DNA of 64,000 nucleotides from an uncultured Solibacteraceae bacterium. Its GTDB lineage: Bacteria; Acidobacteriota; Holophagae; Holophagales; Holophagaceae. The notes under the pieces are model-generated. The model worked only from the letters and a program-made list of their open reading frames with translations, was not told the DNA's origin and searched no databases. The stretch lies in NCBI GenBank assembly GCA_964434895.1, contig CAYSXG010000001.1, positions 1,701 through 65,700 of the forward strand, read 5' to 3'. Numbering within the stretch: position 1 is the first letter of the stretch; each line of letters starts with the position of its first letter. Both the position numbers and the translations under genes were made by a program. Below, piece by piece: positions 60,863 to 64,000 of the stretch.

Positions 60863-62132
60863 GACCCTGCCCCACGACACCTTCAAGGCCCAACTCATCG
60901 CCGAGTTCCAGCGCCTGACCGTCAAGCTGGGCCGCATCCCCACCCGCCGGGAATTCCGGGAGATGGCAGCACCCATCGGACGCACCTTCGAGCGGGCCTT
61001 CCTTTCCTGGAAGGACTTCGTGGCCGAGGCTGAGGCCTGCCTGCCCGCAGCTCCGGCGCGTCCCGCCGACGCGCCCTTAGACCTCGCCCTCGCCAAGGAC
61101 GAGGTGCGGGCCCTCCGTGCCCAGCTCCAGGCCCGCTCCAAGGAGGAACTCTCCGAAAAAATGGTCCGCCGGGAAATCTTCAAGCTGGCCGAGGCCTCCC
61201 CCGAACCGCCGGCGTGGCTCCTGGCCCACAAGAAGGGCAAGAGCGCCCCCGGCGTCCCCACCCTCTTCTCCAGCGACTGGCACTGGGGCGAGGTCGTGGA
61301 CGGCCGCCAGGTGGGTGACGTGAACCGCTACGACCTGGAGGTGGCCCAGCAGCGGGCCCGGACCATGATCGAGACGGCCATCGACCTCCTAACCCGGCAC
61401 ATGGCCAACCCGGACTACCCCGGCATCGTCTTCGCCCTGGGCGGCGACATGGTGAGCGGCGACATCCACGAGGAGCTCATGGCCACCAACCAGGCCGAAA
61501 TGATGCCCATTTTCGTGGACCTCTTCGGGGTGCTCATCTGGTGCATCGACCGCCTGTCCGACGCCTTCGGACACGTCTTCGTGCCATGCGTCAGCGGCAA
61601 CCACGGCCGCATGACCCACAAGATTCGAGCGAAGGGACGGAACTTCACCAACTTCGACTGGTTGCTCTACACCCTTCTGGAGAAGCACTACATCGCCAAG
61701 AAGGATAAGCGGGTGCAGTTCTTCATCCCGGACGGCCCTGACGCCCTCTTCCGCATTTACGGCCACCGCTACCTGCTCACCCACGGCGATCAGTTCAGAG
61801 GTGGTGACGGGATGGTCGGGGCTCTAGGGCCTCTTGTGCGAGGCGATCATAAGAAGCGCGGACGCAATGCCCAGGTCAACATGGCCTACGACACGATGCT
61901 TTGCGGTCACTGGCACCAGCTCATCCAGCTAAAGCGCCTCATCGTGAACGGCAGCCTCAAGGGTTACGACGAATACGCCTACAGCAACAACTTCGGATTC
62001 GAGCGCCCCCAGCAGGCCCTCTGGATCACCCACCCAGACCACGGCATTACCTTCTCCATGCCGGTCCACGCCGAACACCACCAGGCCCGGGAAACGACAC
62101 CCTGGGTCTCCTTCCAGCAGGCAAGCGCGTGA
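60855..62132 (+). CDS. Calcineurin-like metallophosphoesterase with an N-terminal HNH-associated-repeat-like helix bundle
   Basis: Internal ATG (residue 19) of track ORF 60801..62132. Motifs are SDWHWGE, GGDMVSGD, GNHG, THGDQ and GHWH. Confidence 0.75.
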   Translation: MGKTLPHDTFKAQLIAEFQRLTVKLGRIPTRREFREMAAPIGRTFERAFLSWKDFVAEAEACLPAAPARPADAPLDLALAKDEVRALRAQLQARSKEELSEKMVRREIFKLAEASPEPPAWLLAHKKGKSAPGVPTLFSSDWHWGEVVDGRQVGDVNRYDLEVAQQRARTMIETAIDLLTRHMANPDYPGIVFALGGDMVSGDIHEELMATNQAEMMPIFVDLFGVLIWCIDRLSDAFGHVFVPCVSGNHGRMTHKIRAKGRNFTNFDWLLYTLLEKHYIAKKDKRVQFFIPDGPDALFRIYGHRYLLTHGDQFRGGDGMVGALGPLVRGDHKKRGRNAQVNMAYDTMLCGHWHQLIQLKRLIVNGSLKGYDEYAYSNNFGFERPQQALWITHPDHGITFSMPVHAEHHQARETTPWVSFQQASA

Positions 62133-62407
62133 GCCAACACGAATCTATCCTCTTGGAGGCCGAGGGCCTCATCAACGGCGACCGCCAGGCTTCCTACGGC
62201 ACCCCCGAGGCCAACTTCGCCCGCTGGGCCAAACTCTGCCAGGCCGTGGGCATTCTGCTCACCCCGTCCGAACTGGCCATGGTCATGGCCCTCGGGAAGA
62301 TCGCCCGCGAGGCCAACCGGCACAAGCGGGACAACACCGTGGACGGCGCCGCCTATCTGGACATCTACGAACGCCTGAAGACCATCGAACTCAGCCCGGA
62401 GGCCTGA
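62129..62407 (+). CDS. DUF6378-like small phage protein
   Basis: GTG start overlapping the upstream stop. INGDRQASYGTPEANFARWA...LGKIAREANRHKRDNTVDGAAYLDIY. Confidence 0.5.
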   Translation: MSQHESILLEAEGLINGDRQASYGTPEANFARWAKLCQAVGILLTPSELAMVMALGKIAREANRHKRDNTVDGAAYLDIYERLKTIELSPEA

Positions 62408-62408
62408 C

Positions 62409-62642
62409 ATGGCCTGGGCGATCATGCAGCACCACGAGGAGGAGTGGGCCATCCTCGAAATCCAGGGGATCGACGCCCGCCAGCGTTTCTTCTCTACCAG
62501 CTACGGGGACGCCCTGCTCCTAGTCCAGGCCCTGGAAACCCAGGCCCTCCTTGAGAGCGGCTTGCCGGTGGGTGCGGCGCAGCCAACTCCAGCCCGGCTC
62601 GACCCCAAGGCGAAACCTCGGGCCTTCCGACGAAGCGCATAA
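62409..62642 (+). CDS. Hypothetical 77-aa protein
   Basis: Track ORF, followed directly by a terminator. Confidence 0.4.
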   Translation: MAWAIMQHHEEEWAILEIQGIDARQRFFSTSYGDALLLVQALETQALLESGLPVGAAQPTPARLDPKAKPRAFRRSA

Positions 62643-62670
62643 AAAAGGGCCCCAAAAGGGGCCCTTCGCT
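62641..62670. terminator. Bidirectional rho-independent terminator
   Basis: AAAAAA, stem GGGCCCC, loop aaaa, stem GGGGCCC, then TTCGCTT. On the minus strand this gives a clean hairpin plus a T6 run after the tRNA. Confidence 0.7.
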
Positions 62671-62720
62671 TCTACGCCGGGACACCCCAGGGAAGCCTCC
62701 GCATTCGTAGCTGCGGATCT

Positions 62721-62795
62721 TGGTGGCGGGGGCCGGACTTGAACCGGCAGCCTTGGGCGTATGAGACCCCTGCTCTGCCATTGAGCTACCCCGCA
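62721..62795 (-). tRNA. tRNA with a CAU anticodon (Met; Ile2 or fMet not excluded), CCA encoded
   Basis: Hand fold gives acceptor GCGGGG/CCCCGC, U8, D arm GCUC-AAUGGCA-GAGC and anticodon loop CUCAUAC. The T arm is GCCGG-UUCAAGU-CCGGC, followed by discriminator A and CCA. Position 1:72 is a U:C mismatch in this fold. Confidence 0.8.
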
Positions 62796-62859
62796 TCAGG
62801 TTTTCAAAGAGGCCGTGGAGATCCCGAGAACCCCCACGGCCCCGGAACAGCCGAGAGGC

Positions 62860-63165
62860 TTACTTCGTCTCGGGGGTGCCGAGGTTGAAGCCGATCTGGG
62901 TGGCGGCGCTGCCGGTCACCTGAATGGCCTGGATGGCCGTGAGGTTGCCATCGGTGACGCTGATCTGGGCCGTGCCCAGGGGGCCGACCGCAGCGATCTC
63001 GGCGCTCAGGCCATCGGCAGCAGGGGTCACGGTCAGGATGGACGGATCGGATGTCGTCCAGGTGGGGGTGCCGGAGACCTCCGCGGCATTGCCGGCGGCG
63101 TCCTTGAAGGACAGGGAAGCGGCGACCTTCTGAACATCGGTCAGCACGAAGAGGATGTCGGCCAT
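62860..63165 (-). CDS. Bacterial Ig-like (Big_2-type) domain protein
   Basis: ATG 63165 after AAGGAG, 101 aa. SGTPTWTTSDPSILTVTPAADGLSAEIAAVGPLGTAQISVTDGNLTA. An in-frame upstream ATG at 63291 is the alternative start. Confidence 0.6.
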   Translation of the reverse strand: MADILFVLTDVQKVAASLSFKDAAGNAAEVSGTPTWTTSDPSILTVTPAADGLSAEIAAVGPLGTAQISVTDGNLTAIQAIQVTGSAATQIGFNLGTPETK

Positions 63166-63613
63166 GGTTGGCTCCTTGAGGGGGGTGAAAGACGCGGGTC
63201 CCGTAACGGGCCCGAGGGTGAAGGTCAGGGTTCTTGCGGGCTTCCGGCGGATGCAGAAGAGCCTCAAGAGCCAGGAGAGCAGCGCGTTCATGGGGACTCC
63301 GGGATCAGGCAGGACTGGAACCACCACGGGCCGGGGTCGCGGTCTCGCCGGCCCCGCTCAGGCAGAGCCGAGGAGCGCTCCATCAGGAGTCCGCGGTCGC
63401 CTGCCTTCGGCATCCCCCGAGGGATCGAACCCGCGGTGATCTTGGCGCTGCGGGGCATGGGCCTCGCAACTTGAACGGTGGGATCCACGGCCCGACAAGG
63501 CCCGCTGGACCCCGTGCAAGGAGTTGGGCCAGTAGGCCAGCCCGGAACAGGCATGAGGCGAAGGTAAGACATTTTCCCCTCACGGTCAATTTCAAATTTG
63601 TTTGATCGCATAT

Positions 63614-63636
63614 TTTTTTACCTTGAAGGGATTTTG
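63614..63636. promoter_or_regulatory. 23-bp palindrome family, site 3 (inverted orientation)
   Basis: The reverse complement is CAAAATCCCTTCAAGGTAAAAAA. It shares the TCCCTTCAAGG core with site 2, and a half-site CCCTTGAAAAA follows at about 63648. Confidence 0.4.
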
Positions 63637-63761
63637 ATTCGTACATACCCTTGAAAAACACGAGGAGAGCCCTGCATGAAATCCCCCGAATCCACTGCGC
63701 TTTCCAGTCCTCCGGCCCATGGACCTTCATGGAGTTTGGCGGTCCCCAATGGAGATCGAGC

Positions 63762-63959
63762 GTGATCCCCGGAATCACCGTGGTCGTGGTGGCCAGCCTC
63801 CTCGCCCTGAACTTCGTGCTGGGCCTCTTTTTCATTGGAATGGCGATTCGCTTCGCCATTCTCCCGGGCCTGCGCGGCGCCAGCCTCCGCAACCGTTCCA
63901 GGGCCCTCAAGCAGGGCCGCAAACCTCGCCCGGCGTGGATCGCCTGGCTCATCCCGTGA
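63762..63959 (+). CDS. Small membrane protein (65 aa)
   Basis: GTG start after GGAG, overlapping the stop of a possible 29-codon ORF (63676..63765). TM segment VIPGITVVVVASLLALNFVLGLFFIGMAI. Third positions are GC-rich. Confidence 0.4.
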   Translation: MIPGITVVVVASLLALNFVLGLFFIGMAIRFAILPGLRGASLRNRSRALKQGRKPRPAWIAWLIP

Positions 63960-63966
63960 GGTCCGC

Positions 63967-64000
63967 ATGACCACCCTGAACGAACTCGTCGCAGGCAAGC
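63967..64000 (+). CDS. Start of an ORF running off the right edge
   Basis: ATG after GAGG, giving MTTLNELVAGK. It is too short to call. Confidence 0.2.
   Translation, partial: MTTLNELVAGK

Noticed and set aside
63395-63445. A tRNA-like fragment (GAGGGATCGAACCCGCGG on the plus strand, GCGGGTTCGATCCC on the minus strand) as an att or tRNA remnant.
   Set aside because: Only about 3 bp of a T-stem can pair. No acceptor or anticodon arms are present, and it has no similarity to the real tRNA at 62721..62795.
1-64000. rRNA genes, CRISPR arrays, IS elements with transposase genes, terminase and portal genes.
   Set aside because: Reading both strands, I recognised nothing resembling any of these in the window.

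Overview
This high-GC 64-kb window appears to be almost entirely phage DNA, from a temperate phage with a contractile (myovirus-type) tail that also carries plasmid-style maintenance genes. All calls come from reading the sequence and the ORF track by eye; no searches or fold programs were run. Layout, left to right:
(1) Leftward early operon: partial early protein, VRR-NUC nuclease, wHTH protein, an RdgC-like gene split in two, a putative annealase and a YqaJ exonuclease.
(2) AT-richer switch region and a CI-like repressor.
(3) Rep-like wHTH gene, a phased repeat array, ParA and a ribbon-helix-helix partner.
(4) Small cargo genes and about 750 bp of unassigned, hairpin-rich DNA.
(5) Rightward operon of about 20 small genes; 13 consecutive starts carry a conserved TGTCCA start-associated motif.
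(6) Lysis cassette followed by a tyrosine recombinase, an orphan HicB and a membrane-protein moron.
(7) Tail genes: tape measure, a chaperone with a candidate +1 frameshift, tube and sheath. A plus-strand fibre block follows, then a minus-strand block of baseplate and head genes (J, LysM/gp25, hub-SLT, spike, capsid, scaffold, protease).
(8) A 10.6-kb block of three giant polyvalent-type ORFs carrying a Zeta-like kinase, an N6-adenine methyltransferase and an SNF2 helicase. One 177-nt stretch inside it switches coding frame.
(9) More virion-like genes (including a protein of 21 tandem 20-aa repeats), a foldback element inserted in frame, a metallophosphoesterase, a tRNA(CAU) and an Ig-like protein.
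No terminase, portal, rRNA or CRISPR array is visible.
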